Shown: positions 27,231 to 36,249 of the stretch, in pieces
Layout of the letters: each line of letters begins with the position of its first letter
How positions within the stretch are numbered: position 1 is the first letter of the stretch
Assembly (NCBI GenBank): GCA_045644045.1
Contig: JAZRGD010000117.1
Coordinates: 3,586-67,585 of the forward strand
DNA from: Eubacteriales bacterium
Lineage (GTDB): Bacteria; Bacillota; Clostridia; Oscillospirales; CAG-272
DNA length: 64,000 bases
Direction of reading: 5' to 3'
The notes under the pieces: model-generated
What the model was told of the DNA's origin: nothing
The model's database searches: none
What the model saw: only the letters and a program-made list of their open reading frames with translations
Program-made: the position numbers and the translations under genes

Positions 27231-27695
27231 TCAATTGGTTTCGGCGCTCTCCGCGGGATTCTCCACTACAGGTCCTTCGGTCTTTTTCTTTTTGCCGCCG
27301 ATAACCTCCTTCAAGCGTTCGATGATGTCGGGCGAGCGCTCAATGAGAGCGGCAACCTTGTCCACCGTATCCACGTTTTTGGGGGTCACGATGGGGGTCA
27401 AATCGATCTTGCCATCAGGTGCGACGATCAAAAAGGCAATGGGAGTCACGGTAACACCGGTTCCGCCTCCGCCGCCGAAGCGGTCGGGCTTTTTCGTTTC
27501 CTTTTCCTCCGTGGCCTTTTTCTGGCCGTAATCAATGCCTCCGGATGCGAATCCCATAGAGACCTTGGATACGGGCAGGATCAAAGTGCCGTTGGGGGTA
27601 TAGATGGGGTTGCCGATCACGGTTTCCGTGCCGGCCAGCTCCTTGATCTTTTCTAAAGAAACGCCGATCATATCATTCAGTTTGTTCTCAGCCAT
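27231..27695 (-). CDS. ytfJ: sporulation protein YtfJ (GerW family)
   Basis: 154 aa. VIGNPIYTPNGTLILPVSKVSMGFASGG is typical of YtfJ/GerW. Overlaps the ytfI-like gene by 8 nt. Confidence 0.8.
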   Translation of the reverse strand: MAENKLNDMIGVSLEKIKELAGTETVIGNPIYTPNGTLILPVSKVSMGFASGGIDYGQKKATEEKETKKPDRFGGGGGTGVTVTPIAFLIVAPDGKIDLTPIVTPKNVDTVDKVAALIERSPDIIERLKEVIGGKKKKTEGPVVENPAESAETN

Positions 27696-28362
27696 TTTCT
27701 TGCTCTCCCTTCGTTTGAACGTTATTTTTATTTTGCAATTTGTGTTTTAAAAAGAGGATTCCCGACGCGATCGCCAGCCGCAACAGGCGGAATAGGTTGG
27801 AGGTAAAGCGAATGCGGACGTGCAGAGAAGACTTGGTTCCGCAAAAGTCGGGAACGACCTTCACCCTTTTCTTACTGCGGTTGCACCACAAAAATCTTTC
27901 GCACAGCTCCAAAAGGATCGCCGTTGCTTGTGAAACTGCACCGTAAAGAATGGCTGTCTTTGCGGCATCCTCCGTCGCTACCACGGCGTGAAGCTCGCAT
28001 ACCCGAATACGAAACGCGCGAATCAGCTTCGGGTGTGTTCCTTTTAATATATGCACGAGCAGCTTCACGGTGCCAAGGACGTCTCTTTTCCTCTTTGGAT
28101 GCGTGGGGGGCTTGCGCGAGGCCTTCCTCGCTTTCTTTATTTCTTTTTTGGTCAAGCGTCTTTTCTTTTTTTGGATCGCCTTTTTGGAAAAATCCTTTTC
28201 CCTCACTCGCCTCTTTTTGGGATAAAGAGAGAAGGGAAGAAATAAAACGGAAAGCTTAACGGATAGGCGCGTGCCGTCGTATCGGACGGTCAGCTGCGCG
28301 GGAATCAAAAGGAGAAGGAGGAGAAAAAGGGCGATGGCCGCTATTATATATAAGGCTGTCAT
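27688..28362 (-). CDS. ytfI: DUF2953 (YtfI-like) membrane protein
   Basis: 224 aa. N-terminal TM helix, then LTVRYDGTRLSVKLSVLFLPFSLYPKK and a Lys/Arg-rich linker. Positioned upstream of ytfJ as in Bacillus. Confidence 0.65.
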   Translation of the reverse strand: MTALYIIAAIALFLLLLLLIPAQLTVRYDGTRLSVKLSVLFLPFSLYPKKRRVREKDFSKKAIQKKKRRLTKKEIKKARKASRKPPTHPKRKRDVLGTVKLLVHILKGTHPKLIRAFRIRVCELHAVVATEDAAKTAILYGAVSQATAILLELCERFLWCNRSKKRVKVVPDFCGTKSSLHVRIRFTSNLFRLLRLAIASGILFLKHKLQNKNNVQTKGEQENG

Positions 28363-28394
28363 ACCGTCTCCTTTCCTTTTATGCTCTATATCGG

Positions 28395-29114
28395 TTATTC
28401 TTGGGCAGGAGCGGCATCCGTCGCCGCCGTGGAAGGCTCACCATCCAACAACGCTTCGTCCATGGAAAGCTGGTTTTCGTTAACGGAGGGATCCATGGCA
28501 TTGCGTCTCATTCTGGCCAAAAGATCGGCCGCCTCCTCGGAGGATACACCGGGAAGCTCACTGAGGGAGGAAAGCCCGAAGCAACGGAGAAAATCATCCG
28601 TTGTGCCGTACAGCATAGGACGGCCGGGTGCATCCAAGCGTCCCACCGATTCGATGAGACCGCGATCCAAGAGAGATGAGACGGCGTAGGAGCTGTCTAC
28701 ACCGCGTACCGTGTCGATGTAGGTGCGGGTCACGGGCTGATGATAAGCAACGACGGCCAACACCTCAATGGAGGAATTGGACAGCGTACCGTTGCGCTTG
28801 ATGCCCAGCGCGGCGCGGATGTAGGGCAAATACTGCTCCTTGGTGCAAAGCTGACAGGTGTCGTCGTAGGTCAACAGAATGATACCCTTTTCGGGGTCGC
28901 TGTTGTATTTTGAGGCAAAGTCGATGACCTTGTCCTTCAAGATCGAGACGGACATATCAAACAGGCAAGCCAATCTGTCGTAGGGCACGGGATGACCCGC
29001 GGCGAACAGAACCGCCTCCAAGACCTCCTCAAAATGCTCTGCCGCGTCCTCAATGGAGGGAAGGGTGCTCTTGTTTTCTTCTTTTTCGATAGAATTATTT
29101 TGCGGTGTCGTCAT
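28395..29114 (-). CDS. scpB: segregation and condensation protein B
   Basis: LEAVLFAAGHPVPYDRLA and LIESVGRLDAPGRPMLYGTT motifs. Start chosen at the ATG (29114) preceded by GGAGA. Alternative starts are 29126 and 29132. Confidence 0.9.
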   Translation of the reverse strand: MTTPQNNSIEKEENKSTLPSIEDAAEHFEEVLEAVLFAAGHPVPYDRLACLFDMSVSILKDKVIDFASKYNSDPEKGIILLTYDDTCQLCTKEQYLPYIRAALGIKRNGTLSNSSIEVLAVVAYHQPVTRTYIDTVRGVDSSYAVSSLLDRGLIESVGRLDAPGRPMLYGTTDDFLRCFGLSSLSELPGVSSEEAADLLARMRRNAMDPSVNENQLSMDEALLDGEPSTAATDAAPAQE

Positions 29115-29916
29115 GCTTGTCTCCATTTTCACTGTTTAAATTTGGTCCGTCCCAGCCGTCGATCTCCATATCGGAATCCGTGTCGTAATCGGGATTCAGA
29201 CGGAACTGACTGGTGATGGAAAAGGGGGTGTCCTCCTCTTCGCAGAAGAGGATGCGGCGCATTTTGATCAATTCGAGGATGCCCATAAAGGTGGCAAGCA
29301 GCTCCGAACGGTCTTCGGCGTCCTTCAATAAGAAGAAAAAGGAAGCGGATTCGTTGGCGGTCAGCTTGTCCAAGATCCCTTTTATCTGATCCTCCACGGA
29401 AACGATCCTGCGCTTGATCAGAGGATTGATCATGGAAACGGGAACGTCCGTCGTCTGCTTCAAGCGGTTGACCATCACGGTCAGGGCGCGTGAGAGAAGG
29501 GCGGGGTCAATTCCGAGAGGGAAGCCTTTTTCGGCGGGGATCTCATCGTTGTCCTTGGCAAAGCGACCGGAGTATTCCGCATAAAGAGGGCGCAAGACCT
29601 CGGCGTCCTGCTTGGCCTTTTGATAGATCAAAAGGGCGTCCACCAGCTCTTTTCTGGGGTCCTCCTCCTTCTCGGGATCGCGAGGAAGAAGCATTTTGCT
29701 TTTGATGAACATCAGGGTGCTTGCCATTACAATAAATTCGCAAGCAATTTCAAGGTCCATTTGCTTAGCCTCTTCGAGATACGCCATATATTGCTCGCAT
29801 ATGCTGGCAATGGGAATGTTGGCAATATCGACCTTGTTCTTGTCAATGAGAGCAAGAAGAAGGTCGAGAGGGCCCTCAAAGTCGTCTAAACGATAGGTTA
29901 AGGTTTCTTCTGTCAT
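29095..29916 (-). CDS. scpA: segregation and condensation protein A
   Basis: 273 aa. YRLDDFEGPLDLLLALIDKNKVDI kleisin N-terminus. Confidence 0.9.
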   Translation of the reverse strand: MTEETLTYRLDDFEGPLDLLLALIDKNKVDIANIPIASICEQYMAYLEEAKQMDLEIACEFIVMASTLMFIKSKMLLPRDPEKEEDPRKELVDALLIYQKAKQDAEVLRPLYAEYSGRFAKDNDEIPAEKGFPLGIDPALLSRALTVMVNRLKQTTDVPVSMINPLIKRRIVSVEDQIKGILDKLTANESASFFFLLKDAEDRSELLATFMGILELIKMRRILFCEEEDTPFSITSQFRLNPDYDTDSDMEIDGWDGPNLNSENGDKHDDTAK

Positions 29917-29952
29917 AGCTTTCCTGATTCTGCCGCTACGCGGCGAATGAAT

Positions 29953-30621
29953 TTATCTGAAAAAGGGAATCAAGCTCCAAATGCGTTCCATTCCCACGGA
30001 AATAAATCCGCTGATGCCGCTTAAAATGCCAAAGCGCGAGCTGGCGAGAAGAAACGCGAGGAATATGAAGGGAAAATATCGCTGATAGCGCATAAGTGCG
30101 TTGTAGTGTCTTGCGGGAAGAATGGCAAACAGGATCTGTGAGCCGTCTAACGGCGGGATAGGGATCAGATTGAACAGGGCAAGACCGATGCTCACGCTGT
30201 GTAAATAATAAAGGAACAGATACAGCACGCGGAGGAAGGCCGTCAAGGCGGCCTCGCCGTAATGCGCAACATAAGCCTTTTCAACGAGAAGGAAAAGCGG
30301 GACGGCCAAAAAGGCGATCAAAATGTTAGCCAAGGGGCCTGCCAGGGCGGTGTAAGCCATTCCGCGCTTCGGATCCCTAAAGTAAGAAGGGTTTACGGGA
30401 ACGGGCTTGGCCCATCCGAAATGAAAGAATACCATGCAAAGAGCGCCGATGGGATCCAAATGCTTTAAGGGATTCAGCGTAAGCCGCCCGAGATTTTTCG
30501 CGGTTGGATCGCCAAGGGCGTAGGCCATATATCCGTGAGCGCATTCATGGGCGATGATGGCCAGTAAAACGGCGGGTAAGGTGATCAGAAGAGAAAAAAC
30601 GTAAGAAAGGACGTTTTCCAT
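29953..30621 (-). CDS. site-2 protease (M50) family membrane metalloprotease
   Basis: 222 aa. HECAHGYMA (HExxH) in a TM segment plus PIPPLDGS (LDG motif). Confidence 0.85.
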   Translation of the reverse strand: MENVLSYVFSLLITLPAVLLAIIAHECAHGYMAYALGDPTAKNLGRLTLNPLKHLDPIGALCMVFFHFGWAKPVPVNPSYFRDPKRGMAYTALAGPLANILIAFLAVPLFLLVEKAYVAHYGEAALTAFLRVLYLFLYYLHSVSIGLALFNLIPIPPLDGSQILFAILPARHYNALMRYQRYFPFIFLAFLLASSRFGILSGISGFISVGMERIWSLIPFFR

Positions 30622-30635
30622 TGTCGCTCCTTTTT

Positions 30636-31235
30636 TTAAGAGATAGCTTGACAGATTCGGGCGAGGAGCGCCTCCTTACCCAGCCCCGTCTCGGAGGAGA
30701 AGGGCAGCATCTCTATATCTACCTCGGAAAAATATTCGTTTTTGATGTCCTCTATTGCCTTCGTCAAGGCAGTCTTGCTCAGCTTGTCACACTTGGTGAA
30801 GACCACGAGAAAGGGAAGACCCGTGTCCCAAAGGTATTGGATCATCATAATATCGTCCGCGGTAGGACCTGTACGCACGTCGACCAACTGTAAGACAAGC
30901 TTCAAGCCAGAGATCGATCTGTTGGCGGTAAAAAAGCCGTCCGTCACGGTGGCAAAGGCCTCCTGCTCGGCTTTTGAGCGTTTGGCATACCCGTATCCGG
31001 GCAGGTCCACGAAATATACCTTTTTGTCGATCTCATAAAAGTTTACCGTTACCGTCTTCCCGGGTGCGGAGGATACGCGAGCGAAGGACTTTCTTCCAAG
31101 AAGCGTATTGATCAAGGAGCTTTTTCCCACGTTAGAGCGACCGGAAAAGGCGATCAAGGGAAGGGGATCGGATGGAAACTGCGAGGGCTTACCCGCGCTG
31201 ATCTTCAGGCTCGCGTTGTTGGTGTTGAGCTTCAT
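30636..31235 (-). CDS. ysxC: ribosome biogenesis GTPase YsxC/EngB
   Basis: 199 aa. GRSNVGKSSLIN (G1), DLPGYG (G3) and TKCDK (G4). Lies downstream of lon as in Bacillus. Confidence 0.9.
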   Translation of the reverse strand: MKLNTNNASLKISAGKPSQFPSDPLPLIAFSGRSNVGKSSLINTLLGRKSFARVSSAPGKTVTVNFYEIDKKVYFVDLPGYGYAKRSKAEQEAFATVTDGFFTANRSISGLKLVLQLVDVRTGPTADDIMMIQYLWDTGLPFLVVFTKCDKLSKTALTKAIEDIKNEYFSEVDIEMLPFSSETGLGKEALLARICQAIS

Positions 31236-31246
31236 GCCTTACTCCT

Positions 31247-33652
31247 TTAGGGAAAAACGTGCGTCACAGTGCCCTCGCTTGTGTTAGGTAACACGGGAAC
31301 TGTATGGGTGCCGTCAACGTTCTTGCTTGTTGTATCTAACAAAACGACGTCAAAAGCGTCTTTTATTTCGCGGCAGAAAACAAAATTCAAATGTTCTCTT
31401 GCTTCGGCATCGATATCCTCCAGGTCCTTTCGGTTTTCCTCGGGAATCAAAACGGTGGTAATGCCGGAGGCGTAGGCGGCCATGGTCTTTTCCTTCAAGC
31501 CGCCGATGGGAAGCACGTGGCCGCGGAGAGTGATCTCACCGGTCATTGCCACGTCGCGTCTGGTGGGCGCACCCGATAAAGCACTTGCCAGGGCACAGCT
31601 CATGGCTACGCCCGCGCTGGGACCGTCCTTGGGAACGGCGCCCTCGGGGAAGTGAATATGGATGTCCTTCGTTTTATAGAAATCGGGAGCAATACCGAGT
31701 TCCTTGGCAATGGTGCGGATGTAGCTGATGGCCAATGAAGCGGATTCCTTCATTACGTCACCCAACTGACCCGTAAGGATCGTCTGGCCTGTGCCATCCA
31801 TTACGCTTGCCTCTACCTTTAAGAGATCGCCACCGCTTTGCGTATAGGCAAGACCGTTGACAACGCCGACGGGGTTGGTGCTTTCAAGTGGCTCCTTGGT
31901 GTACTTTCTCTTGCCCAGCATCACGTTCACAGTCTGTGCGTTAACGCGAACGCTCCTCGCTTCGCCTTCGGCAAGGCGTACCGCCGCCTTGCGGCAGATG
32001 GAGGCGACCTCACGCTCTAAGCTTCGTACGCCCGCCTCGCGGGTGTAGTGATCGATCAGCTCGAAGAGCGCGTCATCGGAAAACTTGATGGCGCGACGGG
32101 AGATGCCGTGGCGGGAGAGCTGCTTGGGAACAAGGTGATTTTTGGCAATGTTGAATTTTTCGGTACGGGAGTAGGCGGAAAGCGAAATGATCTCCATGCG
32201 GTCGATCAAGGGGAGGGGAATGCCGTCGTAATCGTTGGCCGTGGCAATGAAGACACAGTCCGAAAGATCGAGAGGCAGCTCCAAAAAATGATCGCGGAAA
32301 TACTTGTTTTGCTCGGGGTCCAACACCTCAAGCAGAGCAGAGGCGGGGTCGCCTTGCATGCTTTTTGCCAGCTTGTCGATCTCGTCGAGAATAATAACGG
32401 GATTCATGACACCGGCACTTGTGACAGCCTCGGCAATGCGGCCGGGCATGGCACCTACGTAGGTCTTTCTGTGACCGCGAATGTCGGACTCGTCCCTTAC
32501 TCCGCCGAGGGAGATCCTGGCGTGCTTGCGCTTCATCGCGCGGGCGATCGAGATGGCAATGGAGGTTTTTCCGACGCCGGGAGGCCCTACAAGGCAAATG
32601 ATCTGGTTCTTCACACCGGGGGAGATTTGCTTTACGGCGACGTACTCCAGAATGCGCTCCTTGATCTTTTCAAGGCCGGCGTGATCTGCCTCCAGTACCT
32701 TTCTCGCCTCCACGACGGAAGGGACCGGCTCGGTGCTCTTGCACCAAGGAATATCAAGACAGGTGTCGAGATAATTGCGAAGAACGGTGCTCTCTGCGGC
32801 ACCGAATGGCGTTTTGGATAAGCGGGCCAGCTCCTTTCGCAGCTTTTCTCTGACCTGGTCGGGAAGAGCGGTCTTCTCAATGCGGTCGTGATATTCGGCG
32901 ATCTCGTCGTCCTCCTCACCCAGCTCCTGCTGAATGACCTTGACCTGCTCGCGGAGAAAATAATCTCTTTGATGGTCGTCGATGCGCTGCTTGACCTTGG
33001 CATGAATATCGAATTCCAACCGTAAAAACTGGATCTCCTCCTCTAAAACGAGCAGAAGTCGGTCCAGTCGGGTCAAAGGGTGAAATACCTCCAGAATTCT
33101 TTGCTTGCTTTTGAAGTTTAAAAGCGCGGAGGCGGCGATAAAATCGCAAAAAAGCCCGGGGGCCTTGATAGCGGAGGCAGCTTTGAGCATTTCGTCGGTC
33201 AAAACGGGGTGGATGTCCTTGATCGCCTCCGTCATTTTCAAAACGGTCTCTCTTTTTTCCTCGGAATCACCGGAAACCTCTTCCTCCACGTGCACCGATT
33301 TGTAGATCACAGTGGCATGCTGAACGTCTCCGCTTAAATGGAGCTCCGACACCTTTGCGCGGCAAAGCCCCTCAAACACAACGGCGACTCCGTTATCGGA
33401 ACGGTTAACTCGCTTGATACCGCAAACGGTTCCCACGTGATAAAGATCCTTTTCTGTGGGATCTTCCTCCTCGGGGTTCTTTTGCGTTAAAAGAAATATT
33501 CTTCCGTCCGCATCGTTGGCGGCGGCAAAGGCGCGCAGGGAAGCTTCCCTCACGAGCTCCAAATTGATTTGTACACCGGGGAAGGCAACGGTGCCTCGTA
33601 CGGCGATAAAGGGGAGGGTGATCTCCTTTGCTTGTTCGATGGTTTTTGACAT
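31247..33652 (-). CDS. lon: ATP-dependent protease La (LonA)
   Basis: 801 aa. GPPGVGKTS Walker A, PKDGPSAG catalytic Ser and GGLKEK catalytic Lys. Confidence 0.95.
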   Translation of the reverse strand: MSKTIEQAKEITLPFIAVRGTVAFPGVQINLELVREASLRAFAAANDADGRIFLLTQKNPEEEDPTEKDLYHVGTVCGIKRVNRSDNGVAVVFEGLCRAKVSELHLSGDVQHATVIYKSVHVEEEVSGDSEEKRETVLKMTEAIKDIHPVLTDEMLKAASAIKAPGLFCDFIAASALLNFKSKQRILEVFHPLTRLDRLLLVLEEEIQFLRLEFDIHAKVKQRIDDHQRDYFLREQVKVIQQELGEEDDEIAEYHDRIEKTALPDQVREKLRKELARLSKTPFGAAESTVLRNYLDTCLDIPWCKSTEPVPSVVEARKVLEADHAGLEKIKERILEYVAVKQISPGVKNQIICLVGPPGVGKTSIAISIARAMKRKHARISLGGVRDESDIRGHRKTYVGAMPGRIAEAVTSAGVMNPVIILDEIDKLAKSMQGDPASALLEVLDPEQNKYFRDHFLELPLDLSDCVFIATANDYDGIPLPLIDRMEIISLSAYSRTEKFNIAKNHLVPKQLSRHGISRRAIKFSDDALFELIDHYTREAGVRSLEREVASICRKAAVRLAEGEARSVRVNAQTVNVMLGKRKYTKEPLESTNPVGVVNGLAYTQSGGDLLKVEASVMDGTGQTILTGQLGDVMKESASLAISYIRTIAKELGIAPDFYKTKDIHIHFPEGAVPKDGPSAGVAMSCALASALSGAPTRRDVAMTGEITLRGHVLPIGGLKEKTMAAYASGITTVLIPEENRKDLEDIDAEAREHLNFVFCREIKDAFDVVLLDTTSKNVDGTHTVPVLPNTSEGTVTHVFP

Positions 33653-33863
33653 TTTTTCGGTTCCTTATGGGTATAACTGTATTATTGTTCTTAAAAAACA
33701 ACTTTTCTATTCATTATAACATACTTTTTTGAAAAAAGCCATAGCAAACGACAAAAAAACGAAAAATTATTATTTTCTTTTTTCATTTATTCATTTTTTC
33801 ATATTTGGCGACGGAGAAAAATGATATTTTTGATTTTTTTCTCATTTTTTTTGCAAAAAGCTC

Positions 33864-33892
33864 TTGACAAACGGCGAGGAGCGTGTTATACT
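33864..33892 (+). promoter_or_regulatory. sigma-A promoter of the infC-rpmI-rplT operon
   Basis: TTGACA (33864-33869), 17-nt spacer, TGt-TATACT (-10 at 33887-33892). An AT-rich UP-like tract lies upstream (about 33760-33860). Confidence 0.75.
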
Positions 33893-33898
33893 CATTGG

Positions 33899-34060
33899 GT
33901 AATGAGTTCGACTCATTCAAAAAGCAGTTGCTTTCGGCACTCACCATATCGCCTTCATGCGCATATGGTCACACCTCTTATTCATATTTTTACTTGTTAA
34001 AAGTACTATGAAGGATTTGTGCATGCGGAAGGCTTCTGCATGCTTTTATTTTTTTAACGG
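33899..34060 (+). promoter_or_regulatory. infC leader with transcription attenuator (L20-leader-like)
   Basis: About 170-nt leader with hairpins AATGAGT-TCG-ACTCATT and ACCATATCGC..GCGCATATGGT. A terminator (GCATGCGGAA-GGC-TTCTGCATGC, 34021-34043, with U-tract 34044-34055) lies just before the infC RBS. The upstream GCCTTCATGC segment can pair alternatively with the 5' arm of the terminator. Confidence 0.65.
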
Positions 34061-34072
34061 AGGTGCATAACG

Positions 34073-34606
34073 ATTAGCACGAAAGATTTACCTATCAATG
34101 ACGAGATCAGGGCGAAAGAAGTTCGCCTGCTCGGTGAGGACGGTCAGCAGATCGGCATCGTTTCTTTAAATGAGGCGAAGGAGTATGCTTACTCCCGCAA
34201 TCTGGACTTGGTTATGATGTCCGCAACGGCAACGCCCCCTGCCTGCCGCGCGATGAATTACGGCAAGTACCGTTTTGAGCGCGACAAGAGAGAGAAGGAG
34301 GCAAAGAAGAAGCAGCAGATCTCCAAGCTGAAGGAGGTTCAGCTCTCTTGCCGTATTGTCGTTCATGATTTTGATACTCGTGTCAATCATGCAAAGGGCT
34401 TTTTAAAGGACGGCAACAAGGTGAAGGCAGTCGTTCGCTTTAAGGGCCGCGAAATGGCGCACATGGAGTTGGGACGTGATGTCCTGCAAAAATTCCAAGA
34501 CGCCTGCGCAGAGTTCGGCGCCGCCGAAAAGGGAGCGGTTCTCGAGGGACGTTATATGTCCGTCGTGATCTCGCCTCTGAAAAACAAGCCTTCCGCGTCT
34601 AAGTAA
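34073..34606 (+). CDS. infC: translation initiation factor IF-3 (ATT start codon)
   Basis: The in-frame ATT at 34073 lies 9 nt after GGAGG. Translation (M)STKDLPINDEIRAKEVRLLGEDGQQIGIVSLNEAKEYAYSRNLDLVMMS...YGKYRFE matches the IF-3 N-domain. The ORF-track start at 34208 (TTG) would truncate that domain. Confidence 0.9.
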   Translation: MSTKDLPINDEIRAKEVRLLGEDGQQIGIVSLNEAKEYAYSRNLDLVMMSATATPPACRAMNYGKYRFERDKREKEAKKKQQISKLKEVQLSCRIVVHDFDTRVNHAKGFLKDGNKVKAVVRFKGREMAHMELGRDVLQKFQDACAEFGAAEKGAVLEGRYMSVVISPLKNKPSASK

Positions 34607-34650
34607 GTTAAAATCGGTAAAACCGTAAACAATTAAAGGAGTGTACCAAA

Positions 34651-34845
34651 ATGGCAAAGGTAAAAACCCACAAGGCTTCGGCGAAGAGATTTTCTCTGAC
34701 CGCCACCGGAAAAGTTAAGCTCAACCACTGCAACCGTCGTCACAAGCTCGGCATCAAGACTGCCAAGCGCAAGAGACAGCTTCGCGGAGGCGCGACCCTC
34801 AGCGAGAGCATGGCTCCCGTTTACAGAACGCTTATCATTAAGTAA
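34651..34845 (+). CDS. rpmI: 50S ribosomal protein L35
   Basis: 64 aa, MAKVKTHKASAKRF... Confidence 0.95.
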   Translation: MAKVKTHKASAKRFSLTATGKVKLNHCNRRHKLGIKTAKRKRQLRGGATLSESMAPVYRTLIIK

Positions 34846-34880
34846 GCAACGACGACAGAAAGAATTAGGAGGATAACAAA

Positions 34881-35234
34881 ATGGCTAGAGTAAAAGGCGC
34901 AATGATGACGCGCAAGAGAAGAAAGAGCGTTCTGAAGGCTGCGAAGGGCTACTGGGGTGCAAAGAGCAAGCACTTCAAGATGGCGAAGCAAGCCGTCATG
35001 AAGAGCGGCAACTATGCTTTTGCAGGCCGCAAGATGAAGAAGAGAGAGTTCCGCGCTCTGTGGATCGCTCGTATTTCTGCCCAGGCTAAGGTTTGCGGCA
35101 TGAACTATTCTACCTTGATGCACGGCTTGAAGCTTGCCGGCATCAACCTGAACCGCAAGATGCTGTCCGAGATCGCCATCAGCGACAAGGAAGCATTCGC
35201 CGCACTTGCCGAGAAGGCAAAGGCTGCCCTTTAA
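34881..35234 (+). CDS. rplT: 50S ribosomal protein L20
   Basis: 117 aa, [29 protein letters not shown]... Confidence 0.95.
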   Translation: MARVKGAMMTRKRRKSVLKAAKGYWGAKSKHFKMAKQAVMKSGNYAFAGRKMKKREFRALWIARISAQAKVCGMNYSTLMHGLKLAGINLNRKMLSEIAISDKEAFAALAEKAKAAL

Positions 35235-35325
35235 TCGTCACCGTCACACACGTGGCTGTGACCTCATAAGTTCAAAATTCAAGGAGTGGGAGTTTCTGTC
35301 CCCTTCTTGAATTTTGCTTTATAAG

Positions 35326-35360
35326 CGGATGCTTTTGTTTTTACAAAATCATCCGTTTTC
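35326..35360 (+). terminator. candidate intrinsic terminator after rplT
   Basis: CGGATGCTTTTGT-loop-ACAAAATCATCCG hairpin followed by TTTT. A second long hairpin at 35273-35316 has only a weak U-tract. Confidence 0.55.
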
Positions 35361-35401
35361 GCAGATATATACCCCTATTTTCTGAAAACGGAGACGCAAA
35401 A

Positions 35402-36223
35402 ATGCAGATCGATCGCATTTCCTCTAAGAGCAACCCAACGCTGATGTGGGCCGCTTCCTTGCATGAAAAAAAGTACCGAGATCGCGCTTCTGCCTTTCTT
35501 TTGGAGGGGAAAAAGCTGGTGATGGAGGCCTTTTCCTTGGGCTTGCCCGTGACGCACGTGTTTATTGAGGAAAGCAGGTGGGATCTTTTTTATCCTGCCG
35601 TCGCTCCTCTCGTCTCCGATAAAAACGGAGACGCACCCCGTTTTTTTGCTCTCAGTGACGCCTGTTTTCGTAAAATTTCTACAGAACAAGCACCGCAAGG
35701 CATGATTGCCGTTGTAAAATATCTTGACATTTTCAAAAGTTGTATTAAAATAGATGTAGAAGAATTGCCGACAACGGACAGCACCGTGTTTCTTTATTCG
35801 GTGCGCGATCCCGGAAATTTGGGTGCCATTTTAAGAAGTGCCGCCGCTTTTGGTGTATCGACGGTATTGCTTAGCGGTGACTGCGCGGATCTTTACAATC
35901 CCAAGACTCTCAGAGCGGCAATGGGCGGTCTTTTCCGCTTGCGCGTTTTCACCGTATCGGATTGTGAGGGGAGCGTGAATGCCTTGCGTGCCTCTGCCAG
36001 GCGCGTTTGGGCCGCCGAGCTCAGGGAAGGTGCTGCGTCACTCACCGACATGGCGTTGCGTAAAACAGACGTATTCGTCATTGGAAACGAAGGACACGGA
36101 ATAGCGGAAAGCGTTTCCGCTTTGTGTGACGGAAGCGTCTATATTCCTATTTCGGGCGGCGTAGAGTCTTTAAACGCCTCTGTTGCCGCGTCCGTTCTGC
36201 TTTGGGAACAGAGCAAGCTTTGA
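35402..36223 (+). CDS. TrmH/SpoU-family RNA methyltransferase (YsgA-like)
   Basis: 273 aa. VRDPGNLGAILRSAAAFG, VIGNEGHGI and ESLNASVAASVLL SpoU motifs. Confidence 0.8.
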   Translation: MQIDRISSKSNPTLMWAASLHEKKYRDRASAFLLEGKKLVMEAFSLGLPVTHVFIEESRWDLFYPAVAPLVSDKNGDAPRFFALSDACFRKISTEQAPQGMIAVVKYLDIFKSCIKIDVEELPTTDSTVFLYSVRDPGNLGAILRSAAAFGVSTVLLSGDCADLYNPKTLRAAMGGLFRLRVFTVSDCEGSVNALRASARRVWAAELREGAASLTDMALRKTDVFVIGNEGHGIAESVSALCDGSVYIPISGGVESLNASVAASVLLWEQSKL

Positions 36224-36249
36224 TTTTTTCTCCTTTGGAGGACCGTTTT

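Noticed and set aside
27990-28230. Lys/Arg-rich low-complexity coding stretch (KKRRVREKDFSKKAIQKKKRRLTKKEIKKARKASRKPPTHPKRKRD) that looked like a possible repeat or separate element.
   Set aside because: It is the cytoplasmic linker of the YtfI/DUF2953-like membrane protein. It is in frame with that gene and has no nucleotide-level tandem repeat.
33821-34000. An ORF of about 59 codons (MIFLIFFSFFLQKALDKRRGAC...) with a GGAG upstream, in the lon-infC spacer.
   Set aside because: It runs through the infC promoter and the structured leader, is Phe/Leu-rich because of the AT-rich DNA, and resembles no known protein. It is most likely non-coding.
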